The notes beneath the pieces are model-generated. The model searched no databases. It saw only the letters and a program-made list of their open reading frames with translations, and had not been told where the DNA came from. A stretch of DNA of 64,000 bases from Rhizodiscina lignyota. Its lineage: Eukaryota. Positions 1 through 11,800 of this stretch are shown piece after piece. The stretch spans positions 1,116,001 to 1,180,000 of the forward strand of contig ML978127.1 of the NCBI GenBank assembly GCA_010015805.1, given 5' to 3'. The position numbers and the translations under genes are program-made. How positions within the stretch are numbered: the first letter of the stretch is position 1; every line of letters starts with the position of its first letter.

Positions 1-792
1 AATAGCGGAGTGAGTTAGCACAGCTTTTGGTTTCATAGGTAGAATAGGTTCGGGTGGGCCATACCAGTATAAGTGCGCTGAGAAACATCCTCCTGCCGCA
101 CTGTAGACTACGGCAAACCGGTGTGTCTTCCGGCTGGGGGTGCGTAAAGTCATAGTGGGGCACGTGGGCCTTGATAAGAATGAGGTAGTACAGCGCGACC
201 TGTAGGGTGCTGAAGCTGGTTCTGGATCGACGAAGTGTTTCTTGTATGAAGGTCCGGAGAGGTAGAATACCACTCCTACCGCTTTCCTTTCGGCAGGCGG
301 GAGCAGAAGTTGGCCAGATCACTTCGACCATTTGTGTTGCGGAGTCTCCAAGAAAGGAACAGTTTAGCAAACTAAAATGGGGACTTATCAGACATTGTGA
401 AACTCACCAACAAGACAATCAACGAATTGGCCCTTGCGTTCGCTCTGTCGTACGAGCGCCGGCGGCGCACGGTTGCCAGAGAGAGAGCATCGGCGGGGGT
501 GTTGACGTTGGTCGACTGCTACCGGAGGCGGCAAGACCCGCTTTGCGGTTGTGGGGGGTTCGAGAGACACGCGGCAGGCATCTGAGAACCTCCATGATGC
601 GTCGCCAGAGCTTGGGGGAATTGAGTCTGAGACGGATGATTGTGATGATTGCGACGAATGGGATGGAGCGTCGACAGAGAAAATAGAAGAAGCCGATGAG
701 GAGGCGGAGGATGAGAGTGACGACTGGTAGGGGTGCGTTGTCCTTGGGGACGTCTCGCAAGGCGGATGAGGTAATAGGTAGGTAGTGTTCAT
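1..792 (-). CDS. PCL5: Pho85-family cyclin, Pcl5-like (5' part; gene continues beyond the left edge)
   Basis: Exon 1 792-408, intron 407-346, exon 2 345-65, intron 2 from 64 (branch GCTAAC; acceptor outside window). Spliced product reads LVRQSERKGQFVDCLV-DSATQMVEVIWP...LPLRTFIQETLRRSRTSFSTLQVALYYLILIK...LQCGRRMFLSALIL, the cyclin-box signature of fungal Pcl5-like cyclins. Confidence 0.88.
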
Positions 793-1419
793 GATGATGG
801 AAGCGGCAATGCCTAAAGTAAGCTCTAGACTGCCTCTCGTAGATGTTTTATGGGTCGTGTTAGAGGTGGAGTGACCAGTCGGAGCCCTTCCGAAAAGGTC
901 GAGGAGTGGTTCGGTGGAATGGGAAATACGCAGTGATCGTGATAATGATCACACCAAAAGCCGATGAGACAAATCCGTTCGATATGCCGAGACACCACGA
1001 CGTGGGGGTGGTTGATGAGTCCGACGTCGTCCACAGGTACTCCTGTTGTCAATCGCGTGGCTGCAGGGTATCGCGAAATCTTCCGAAGTCGCTCGTCTGA
1101 CGGTGGTCTGACAGCGCCTTTCGATCGAAAAGATACACGACAAGCCCGAAAGCTCGGATTAATGCAAGATAGAGGATATGGTGCTCGATGAGATGCAGCT
1201 CTTTCGCAAAGACCCAAAAGGATATGAATTTAGACAAGCAAATGTCTAAACCCAGGCCAGATGCGCCTTCGAAACTCCAGCCACCGTATGCTGCAGAATA
1301 AAACCGACAAGACCTCGCCTATGGGAGACCTTTGCGCCTTTGCACTATTGTCCCTAAATGCGACCTTTCTCGAAGAAAAGGGCCGCTGAGAGAATCGACT
1401 TTGTGCTGTGGCGAAGGGC

Positions 1420-1509
1420 CTAGCAAGGAAAACCTCCGTTGACGAGAGAGGTAATGCGACCGGTAATATCTGAGCTACGTGTGACTGGAGTGCCAAATTT
1501 GATGAGCAT
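1420..1509 (-). promoter_or_regulatory. Candidate upstream ORF (29 aa, MLIKFGTPVTRSSDITGRITSLVNGGFPC*) in the putative PCL5 5' leader
   Basis: Only minus-strand ATG between 793 and 2045. Context CTCACA-ATG matches the fungal initiation consensus. Ends TAG at 1422-1420. Transcription start is not known. Confidence 0.6.
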
Positions 1510-1776
1510 TGTGAGGGTGTTGTGTTGTAGTTGTGGTGAGTGTTCTCGAGAAGTGGCTACCGTCGAGGGGTCGCCACGGAGACCACGGAGGCAGGGGTCG
1601 GTCGATGGGTTTTTAGGTGGATGGCGGGATTTTTTTGATGCTTTCGAGTCGGCGTTCGAAACCTTTTGAATTAAATGCGATTAAGAGCAGGTGATGTACC
1701 GCTACTCGGTCGGGAGTAGCGGTGGCGGGTGGAGTGGTGACTAGGCCGCAGCAGAGTGCAGTGACGGTCGAGAGGA

Positions 1777-3736
1777 GAGTCAAGGTGCCACTGGCGCCTA
1801 AGTGCGTGTCGCAACTTTTAAGATTGAGGGGAGAGTTGTGAGTAATGTACAAGATGTTTTTCAAAGAGAGTCAATGATAAGTGTGGCGTGTCCTTCAGTG
1901 AAGTGGAAGCCTGAGTGAAGCGGAAGCCTAGAGGCGGCAACGGAAATTGCAAGCACAAAGCAGAAAAGGAAATCAGAGGGCCCAGGAGCGTCACGTAGGA
2001 ATTCGGCGTCGTCTACGACCCCAAGGGGGTCTCTGGCGTCGTTTTCATGAAGAACATCGTGGTGCTGGCGACTCTGCGAGGCAGCGGAGGAGGGATGCGG
2101 CAGAGCTGTTATTATCGAGCGTCTGGCATGACTGTTCCCGGCAGCACACAGGCCAACAGCCTCGACCACCCAGCTTCCCAACCCTCACTGCCCACGCCAC
2201 TCGGCACATTCACGTTTCGCTGAATCGTCATTTGTATCTTCCTATTTGCGCATATCTAGCATTCACGTGTTTCATCCAGCGCTCCGTGCCAAAGTTTGCT
2301 GCGCTCGTCTGCTCTGCGCGACGGCTGCCATGAGCTCACACTGCGCGCGCACTCAAATCACCCTCGACGGGGACCTCACGGGGTCAGAAGGGCAGCGCTG
2401 CCTCTGACAGCGGGGCGCTTGGGATGACTACACAGCCAAGTTTCATTTGGGCCCGGAGCGTTTGCGACACGGCCGCCTGGGGCTGAGCTCCAATGTCGAA
2501 CAAAGGCGATGATGGAATGTGGCAGTTGCTTTGTCCAGCCTTCCATAGCAGAGCCCGTCGTCCTGACTCCTTTCGCGCTCGTTTGGGCCGCTGATGCATC
2601 TGGCGACGGCAGCGTCGCTCTGTCGCAAGGCCGCGAGGCAGGTCTGCATACCAACTCATCGCATCCCCACAGCGTGCACCAACGCCATTTGCAGCACCAC
2701 ATCCGCCCTGCCAGCAAACCTTCGCGATCGCAAGCGCGATTGCTGCACCTCGTTCAATCTGAGCAGCGTGGCTAGCAAAGTGACGAATGACATGGGCCCA
2801 GCCATGCTGACCCCCTCCACTTTGCCTAGCGTTGATTGCTGCACAAACTCTGCCTGAAGCGGCTTCTGAAAGAGACTGACTCCACACCCTCCAACTCGCA
2901 TCCCAGGGCTACCCCCCCTTTGCCATGTGCCGTCGGCGACCGACAGTCAGGTCAAGTCGCAGGCGATTCACAAGAGGTGCCAGCTCGCGTGGCGAGAGAG
3001 ATCTCCTGCGCTTTCGGGAGGCCAGCCGCCGAGCAATCGCCTTTGACTCACCTCCGACAAGGCGGCGGCAAACCCTTTGTGCCCACGACGCACAAGAAAA
3101 TGGCCAGCAAGCAAGCACGGCAGCAAGCGGGCCAACTGGGAAACAGTCATTTCTCAGCCTGCCTGCTGGCTGCTACTTTAGGCAAGGCTACGTCGGATCA
3201 ATAGATTCAGCGTGGCAAAGTCATGTGCTTTGTGACCCTTTTCCCACAGGAATGGCAATTGGACAGCTTGCTTTGATTATTGATGAAAATCGATACGAGA
3301 CCTTGTGCAAAGAATATCGGATTGACCGTGAGACCACGTCGACACGCAAACAGCTCTGCTCAGGAGAGTGAAGATTTATTGAGCGAGTTAAAATTCCATG
3401 CGTTGAATGATCACGTTGTGTGAAAACTTACATTTGGAAACTTGCTTTTTGCAAGGCGGCAGCGTCCGCCATCGGCTCGAGCAGGGAGAGGACGGTATCA
3501 TAGAGCTCCGGCTCCTCGCTGTGTACTTCGTACCGTCGGAGATGACGAGTCACGCAGGGTCGGAGTGTCTCCGGTAGCAGGTTGCCCCTTGACTCAGCGA
3601 TAGGGAAGGAGCTCTCACCCACACCAAGAGCTGCGAACTCATCGCCGCGTGCGGAGCCGAAACCGGATCTCGGCGGCAGCAGGATGGGGGCAAAACGGCT
3701 GAATCGCCCTTTTGTCTCAGAGTCCTGTCAGAGTCA
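1777..3736. promoter_or_regulatory. Cluster of Gcn4/CpcA-type response elements (TGACTC core) upstream of PCL5
   Basis: TGACTCA at 3044 and 3590; TGACTC at 2564 and 2877; GAGTCA at 1777, 1868, 3547 and 3731. Eight sites in about 2 kb versus about 1 expected at uniform base composition. Confidence 0.6.
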
Positions 3737-6263
3737 CAATCTCTGTGTGGCAGGGATCTTGTTCCGAGGTCGTGTCGTGACTTTCGGGGGTCACTCCTTT
3801 CGCCGCTAGGATACGCAGTGCCCGCAGACTTGGTGAGAGCGGCAGCAGGCAGCAGTCTCAACCTCCAAACTACGGTACCTCTACAGTCGGAGAGGCTGGC
3901 CGAGTTTCGCACGAGACCCTCAAAAGGCTGATGTCGATCCATGGTTCAGCACCGCTGACCGATTTGATGAGGTGGAAGTGAGGCGTAGCAACGTAGGACC
4001 CGCAAACGGCGGTAGCAGCAAAGGCTGCTGTGGGAAGGTGATTAGTGCGCAAAGGAATCCGACACAGATGACAAAATACCACAAAGTAAGCAGGAGCGAG
4101 CCAGAGTTATTTGTCGCATGGCCCCGTAGAGCAGAACGCAGCCATGACAGAATTCTAGCGTGAAACTCAAATATCAAAAATGAATATCAAAATGAAATGT
4201 TACCGCTGCAGGAATGCCGAGAGCGGCGTTAAGAGCTAGGCAACAACACAAGCTGTACGCAGAATACACCAATGAGGATGCAGACGATCTGGCGATCGCC
4301 CAGATCTGAAATAGAAACAGCACAATGCAGCCGAGCAGGCTGTCCACCTGCACCGAGAAGCAGATGGCCTGTCGTTACGGCCTGTCGTTGTGGCAGACGC
4401 AATGGAAGAGAAGTCGAATTTAGCTCATGGAGGGATGCCCTTCAGAAGAAAGAGCTATCTCTCAGAGGAAGGAGCGGGTGTTGACATGCTCATGCTCCGC
4501 TCCACCTAAGCTTCAAAGGTCGTACTTTGACGGCCGGCAAAAATTCCATTTCCTAAGAAATAAAACGCCATCTCATCACGCGCAATCCATTGGCTACCTT
4601 CAGAATTCAAATGCTCTCTTCCGGTGTTCTCGCACATGCTTCATGCATCTTCAAAACACGCAAATCTTCTCTTTCCCTGGATGATATTGCTATTTCACAT
4701 TTCCCTAATCAGGGCTAGTTATTGCTATCGAAACAAGTCTTGGGCGGATTAGGAGTATTGCCTCGCCATCGCTTACCAGCTATCTTCGATGTGCCTGCTG
4801 CCGGAGAGATTATTGGAAACTCAAGGCTCAAGCATTCCAGAAAGGCTCCATCCAGCCGAATATGGAATCGCAAAGCAAGATACTCTAGACCACAATGTCA
4901 AACCTGTCTTGGTCCGCCTGGATTCGTGGTAACCTCTGAGCGGCAGACATTCCACCGCCAATGCAGCCCACTACCATCGAACGGCCCGTCAAACGCACCG
5001 CACGGCAAGACTAATTCAGCGTACATTGGCTTCGTTGATGACACTTGCTTCGGGCTCATTCCGCAGAGCCGCATGCCACCCGAATCTACTCCGATGGTGT
5101 TCGTGGAGGTCCGCGATGCGGGACCGCGGCGAAGTTCGTGAAATTACCCGATTGAGAATCTCTCGCACGAGACACGGCTCCCCCTGGCATAAGATGCAAC
5201 GCTGCGGCTGCGAGAATATGCCGATCTTGCAGCAAATCGTGATTCGCCAATGGCCGCAACTGTACAATTGCGCGGGGGTCTTCTCCAGCAATACGGAGCA
5301 GTACCTGGAAGGGAGTGTCAATGGGTGGCGTTCAGCCGTCGTGCATAAGCATTTCCCTCCGCAGACAGCCCAGCAATGTCCTTATGGACGCAGGAGATGG
5401 CTCGGCGCGAAGACGTGCATACATTGCTACGAGCTCGGAGCAAGCGTTCCCTTCGGCAACCCTGGCGCCATCTGCATGTGGATTCCTAATTGAGGTATGG
5501 AGAAGATTGCCACTGGGTCAGGCCGCCATGCGGCGGCGACGGGCCACCACAGAATAATCCATCGAAGTTTAAGCATGAACAGTATCTGCTCCGCTTCGTC
5601 GGCCCTCCTCCGCAGCGGCTCTGGCTCGTGGCGAGCTAGCGGCCCGTCGCAGTGGCCTGTCATCGTCGTTAATGCAGCGGGCCGCGCCCGCAAGGCCGCA
5701 TGTTGCCATGTGCTAGGAGAGATGTGTAAGATCTGGTTCACGATCCAAGATCAGAGTGGCTGGAACGCGCACCGCAGAGCTAGGCGCTACCGCGGAGTGG
5801 TGTGATGACGAAGAATAGCGGCTACAGAGCGCGTACGAGGATGAAAAGTAGGAGCCGCAACAGTGCGGTAGACAGGACGATGTGCAAGCTGGCGTTGCCG
5901 CCCGAGGATGGCATGTTGGAAGGCGTGAGGAAAAATTGAAAGATTTCATGGGAGGTGCGGAAATAACTCGGGCTGCTACATCAGGAGAGGATGAGATGAC
6001 CAGGAAACATTCGAAGTGGTCCAATTTGGGTAGCGATTATTAGCCCGTTTGATGTTTCATTCTTCTAACTCCTAGAGCTCTTGCGTATAGCAACTATCAG
6101 TATCGCTGTCGTGAGATCTATTGTGCAGTCTAGTAGTGTACAGGTCCGCTCTAGAACCTCTAATCCATGCTCCATGAATTCCATGAACCCGAGAACAAGC
6201 AAGCAAGCGTATTTCTAATGGACCAGTCGCGTATCATCATGTCTTCGTTAGCAGCCGATGCTT

Positions 6264-7598
6264 TTACTCCACATTCATCAAATCCTGCTCCTCTCCTTCA
6301 GTCAGCATACCCATCTCCATATGCGTCTCTTTGGTCTCGTCGCTCTTCTCCGGGGCCACAACAGCATCACCGGGTCCGGGGTGAACTTTCTCTTCCATGT
6401 TGTGCGGATGCGGGTACGGCTTCTCGTCGACTTTCCGCAGTTCTGCATTGGTGACTTGCTGGGTAAGGGGGTCGTTACGAGCGGTTGAGAGTGTGGCGGC
6501 TGCGGCAGCCGATGTCTGCACCTTGGGGGCCGTTGGGTCGGCAGACCCATCGCCAATTTCCAGTGAGCCAATGTTGGGCATAATTTCAGGCGCCGCTCCG
6601 GTTTGCGTTCCCTTATGCTCAGTCACGAGCGGGTGTATCGGTGGCACCCCTGCGGCTCCCATTACGAAAGGACAGGCGCTGCCGGCGGCAGACTCGATGC
6701 CGCTCTCACGAAGCTTCTCCGCCGTCAACGGCATGGTCGGCGTAGTCTTCTCAGCTGGACGATCCTCCTCTCCCATCAGCTCTGAAAGTGTCGAGCCCAC
6801 CTTCCTCTCCACTGCTTGCTTGTTGACCACGCCGTTGGGTGCGATCTGTCGAAACATCTCCAGGGGATCGAACCAGGTCTCCACCTTCTGCAGGCGCACT
6901 TTGTCATCGACCTCAGCTATAGTCACGCCTTGAATGTCGATGGCTCCGCCGTGGGCTTTCGCAGTAACCTTTTCACCCTTGTCGTTGAAGCCGACATAGT
7001 CGTTCTTCATCACACCCCAGTGACGCCAACGAAATGCGACCTTTGGCGGGCCGCTGTACACCTCGAGCACCTCCCACGCAAACGTCGGCATCATGCGCTT
7101 AAACGACTTGTGACTCGACGCAAAGTCCGAGTGCTCTGGGCAGTAATACTCGTTTGGTGCGATGATAGCATTGTATGTGCCAACCTTGAGCATGTATTCT
7201 CCAGTCTGCGGCAGTCCACCATTAACGGCAAAGGTGTAGTTTTGGCGGTCAATGGTACGCCAGTTTTCGAGATTAGTTTTGAAGCTAGCCTCGACTTCCC
7301 AGTTCTTGACCAGATTTTCGACGAGCTGCGGAAGGCTACCAGCTTCGTGGTTCATGTGTTTGGCTGCAGGATGTCAGTTGGTGGAGACTCAACACCTCAG
7401 GGGTGCAAGAGCACATCACAACTTACTCGCTGCCCACACCTTTCGCGTATTGGAGTAGTCTGGGGGTCTGCCATATCGCCAACTAGACTCAAGATCCTTC
7501 AGAGTAGCGTTAGGGTCAATGAGATAGTCGGGTAGCGTGGCAGTTGCAGCATCCTTAGGGCTGAGATCCTCGTGCTGCTTTGCCTCCGTCGACGCCAT
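6264..7598 (-). CDS. Pathogen-related protein homologue (SnoaL/NTF2-like fold) with low-complexity C-terminal tail
   Basis: Exon 1 7598-7427, intron 7426-7364 (GTAAGT...CTGAC...CAG), exon 2 7363-6264. Motifs WRYGRPPDYS, LVENLVKNWEVEASFK, GTYNA, FAWEVLEVYSGPPKVAFRWRHWG match the plant/fungal pathogen-related protein family. Confidence 0.8.
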
Positions 7599-8806
7599 TT
7601 TGGGTGAACTTGACTGTGAGGGTGATGAATATCTTAGGTCTTGCTATTAGAAGAAGCGAAAGGGTAGCGAAAGGCGAGCAAAATTTCGTTGAGGTTGTGA
7701 TTTAATATTCAATGTGTGGAAGAGTCAAATCAAGCACGCCGAGCCGAGCCGACACTGTCAGGAGAAGCGAGCAAGAGATGAAATGAGGCAGTTTGGGTGT
7801 CCGCCGAGGAATGTGTGAACAAGAGAAACGATACAGTGTCCTCGCCTACCACGTGCATTCCACGCGAGACCCGCGTGTTGGAAAGAGCAAAGGGAGATCG
7901 GCATTTAAGGTTTCCGACAGCAATAGGTATGTATCTACAGCTATTGAAATCAAAATGTCAAACGCGATCCTTATTTACCGTGAATATCGGTGGCTATTGT
8001 GGTAGATGGGTTTCTATCAGCACGAGCCGGGCCGGACAGTCCAGCGGTTCTGTACAACTCGATTTCGCGGTTGCACGTCGGGATCAGCCTCACGGAAAGA
8101 AGCAGATTCCCTCGATCCTGCAAGTTGTACTGCATGTACAGGGGGCAATGCGCGTCGAGTTACTGTCTTCTCGGGACCGCGAAGCTTTTGCTCACCGATT
8201 AAGCTTCGTGATGAAAGACCGATACCGTCGGCTAAAAGAGCTCGGCGTCGGGCGACGGGTCTCCCATGCATGTGCTCCATCTCGGCAGCAGAAGTACACA
8301 TTGAAAAGGGAACCTGACGCTTGTAATAGATATGTGAAGGCTTCCGAGGCCGTGAACGGAGGTTGAAGTTAGGTTGTGGGACCTGTCAAAAAAGGGGCGT
8401 TATCGCCAAGCCGGGTGGGTACGTCTACTTCTCTTCTACAGTCGATGGCTAGAATCTCGCGACAGATCTGCAATTGCGAGCTTGAGATCGTAAGATTTCG
8501 AATATCTCTTTAATCCTTCAAAGCTTGAACACGATAGAGGAATTACTCTAGTTAGCCGACCCTGTCTATCCCCTTTACAGCGAAAGCGAATCTCGCGTAC
8601 GATATGATCCACCACAGTTAAAAATAGCGTCTACATACATATACGCAGACGATGCAGAATCCAGAAGCTCATTTTGCAACGATTTTGTTCTCCGCGTGCT
8701 TCTTTACTTAGATCTACAAGCATGTGTCGTACTAAACGACAAGATCCTCGAGAAGTTTCTCCTCCTCCCAGGCACTGTTCTCGAAACATTACGGACAATT
8801 TATTCA

Positions 8807-11800
8807 TCAAGCACCAATGTGTACGAAAGCTGCCCACGCAAGAACATCATCTGACGCATTACCGCGGATAACGTCTCTCTGCCGACATGCTGCGCTTGCG
8901 ACGTCCAGAGCTCTTGCGATATTATCGCCAGAATCAGAGCTAACGCTGCTCGTTCGAGAGACTCGGTCCAGTCGGAACAGCTCCGCATAAAAGGCCTTCG
9001 CGATCACAACTGCCGCAACATCGTCCGCTTCCCAGAGTGTGCCAATGACTGCGGGGAAGCCGGATAGCTGAAAAGAAGCCGCAAGGTGAATGTTCTCGTC
9101 AATGAGGTTCATTACATACTGTTGAGCCGTACAGCACGCAGATAAATATGCTAAGCGCAAAGGCCGTTGGTCTAACCGCGATGAGCCTTCTACGCGCCTG
9201 AGCTCCTGTACAGTAAGTGGGTCGGGCTCTGGCGCATCTGGATCGGAACCAAACAACAAAGAGGTATTTGACGGGTCCGTAAGATCTGGCTCTGCATGAC
9301 ATGCAAGATGGAGGAGATTAACATTACCGCTACGGACCTGATGCAAAACCTCTCCTGCTGATGGCTGACATAGCTCAATCAGCTGACTTGCCGATATGGA
9401 CGATTCTTCTGAGGCGTGGGAAGCCGCAAACGCTTCTTGGATTGCCGTCACCTCACTTCTCGTAGATAAAGGGGCAAACCCGCCAGCTGTCCGAGGCATC
9501 GTGACCAGTGCCATATTTGACAGTTTCGTATCGACTCTGGCTTGACATCGACGTGCGAAAGCCAAGGCCGAGACACTTGGGATATATGAGGAGATGACAT
9601 GAGCGTAGGCATTCTGCAAAGGCAACGTGTAGCCTTTACCAGCTGCATGGAGCGGGAAAAGGCCCAGCGGACCACTAGTGACCCAGAACAATCTTGTCTT
9701 CGGAACCGAGTCAGTACTCTTCAAAAGTCCAAGATGTTCCAAAACGGGTTGGACGGCCACGTTCCAGAGCCACCGAAGCAAAGCGCGCATCCTCTTATTC
9801 GCAATACCCCTTTCCGATGGCAGCATGGTGCTTAGCCGCGAGGCACTTACAACCATACCAATCCGTGCTTTAATTTGTGAAAGTTCAAGCTGGGGCAAAG
9901 GTAACGCTTGAATTTCTGCTGTTGTAACAATCATTGCATCACATCGTTGATCAACTGTACAAAAGGACACTAGTGGACCGTGGGATGCTAGATTGCGAAG
10001 CTCTTGTGGAGAGGGGCGTTGATTGAAGGCATCAAGCCCCGGCAAGCTGCGAATTAGTTTTTCCACTTCTTCAAGCTTTCCGACCTGTACATTACGTTTG
10101 GCGACGATGTCTTGTCCGTGGGACCATCCGCTTCCGCTCGCGTGAAGAGGTCGGGATATTGTCTCGCGGAGACTGATATATTGAGCGTGCAGCTCCGGAT
10201 CGATATCTTTTACTTGCAAAAGGTCAGAATGATAACCCATTGCAATGTTTGCCATAATGCCGCGGCCGGCTTCGAGGATCTGGAAGCCAGCTTCCGGGTT
10301 GTCCAATGTAACAAAAGCCGCACAGGCGAGCGATGATATCCCAGAGAGTCCGTGGAGTTGACGCTGACGATCACTCTCGTCCAAGGACAAAGGGCTTCTT
10401 TGCTGGAACAATTCTACAGTTTCTGACAAGACAACGCTAGCTGCGCTCCAATCTTTCAGCTGCATGAAGATGTAACCTGCGAATTGCCCCGCTCGGATCC
10501 TGGTCAAAGGAGTCGCGTATCTCTCCCGGAATGCTCGTTCGAATGTTGACCCGGAGAGCTTTAGCTGTGCCAGTAGTTTTGGCTCATCTCCCGGGTCCAT
10601 GAATTGGCCTAGGTACAACTGGCTTGTCGCCAGCTCTGTCAGGTAGTCGGCCATACCTGGATGGCCCTCTGGAGTACCGTTCACGCACTTTACAGCGAGG
10701 TCATGGGCCTCTCTGAGATATGCATGACGTTCCTCTTTGTCTGATGAACGATAGTACTTCCTTTGAATCCGAAGTCCAAGATTGTGCAGATAAGAAATCC
10801 GGAATGTGCTCGAAACCGAAGTCTTTGCGATCGCCTTCCTACAGTTTTGAATCGAGAGGTCGAGATCGCTAACGTCGCCCTTCGCCAAATATCGTGAAGA
10901 CAAAATATTTGAAAGCGTATTCAGGTAGATACTCTCGCTTGAGGAACCTTCAGGAGTCCTTAAGATTGCCTCAGAGATAATTTCAATGGCTCTGTCCAAG
11001 TCGGCAATGTTGCCACTCATGTAGAATCTCGCCTGCAGCCGTTGACTTAACCCATTGAGATACGCAGGCCTCGATGCGCTCGATACTGGTGATCCTGCGA
11101 CTGCGGCCTCAGCAGCAATGATAGCTTCATCCAGATCTTGAGAATTACCTGTGTGCTCGCTTCGCATCTTCAAGCTGTGACTCAGTCCGTCCAGGATCAT
11201 CGAGCGATCAGGATCGCCTCTCCCAACATTAACCTCGGCCTCTCTCGATACTGCAATACTCTCTTCCAGTTGACCGATATTTCCGGAATGCTCGAAGTGA
11301 GTTCTTAGACTGTTGGCCACAGCATGAAGCCGAGTCGGCCGATCCTTGTGGTCAACTGGTAAAAGCTTCAGAGCATTTCGTCTCGCATTCAAGGACTCAG
11401 AGAGATCTTGCAAACCGCCAAACATCTCGAATTTTATTGCGAACCGATTTCCGAGGGTAGTGTATGCACCGGACTGTCGAGCAGGGACTCCAGATCCTAT
11501 CTCCAATGCCTGCTTAGCGCAATCGATTGCCGCATCTATATCTGACCGTGATAATCGAGTTTCTGCGCGAGCAGCTAATGCGTTGCTCAAACGCTCCAAA
11601 ATGGGACCGCGAAGAGAACTTTCGGAAGGCAGAAGATTGAAAGCTGCATCTGCTGATACCACCGCCATGTGCAAATCGTCCAGCGTAGAAAACATGTCGT
11701 ATTTCTGACCATACAAGCTGCTCTTGGTGTGCCAGATTCTAGCAAGCTCTGTATTATTCTTCACATGTGGCTCTAGTGAAAGCAGGGCTTGAAGTGCGTC

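Noticed and set aside
4722..6024. Several 100-155-aa ORFs and an intron-like GTATGC...TTGAC...CAG on the minus strand
   Set aside because: No recognisable domain, mostly non-ATG starts, and I could not build an open spliced frame. May be non-coding transcript or decayed sequence.
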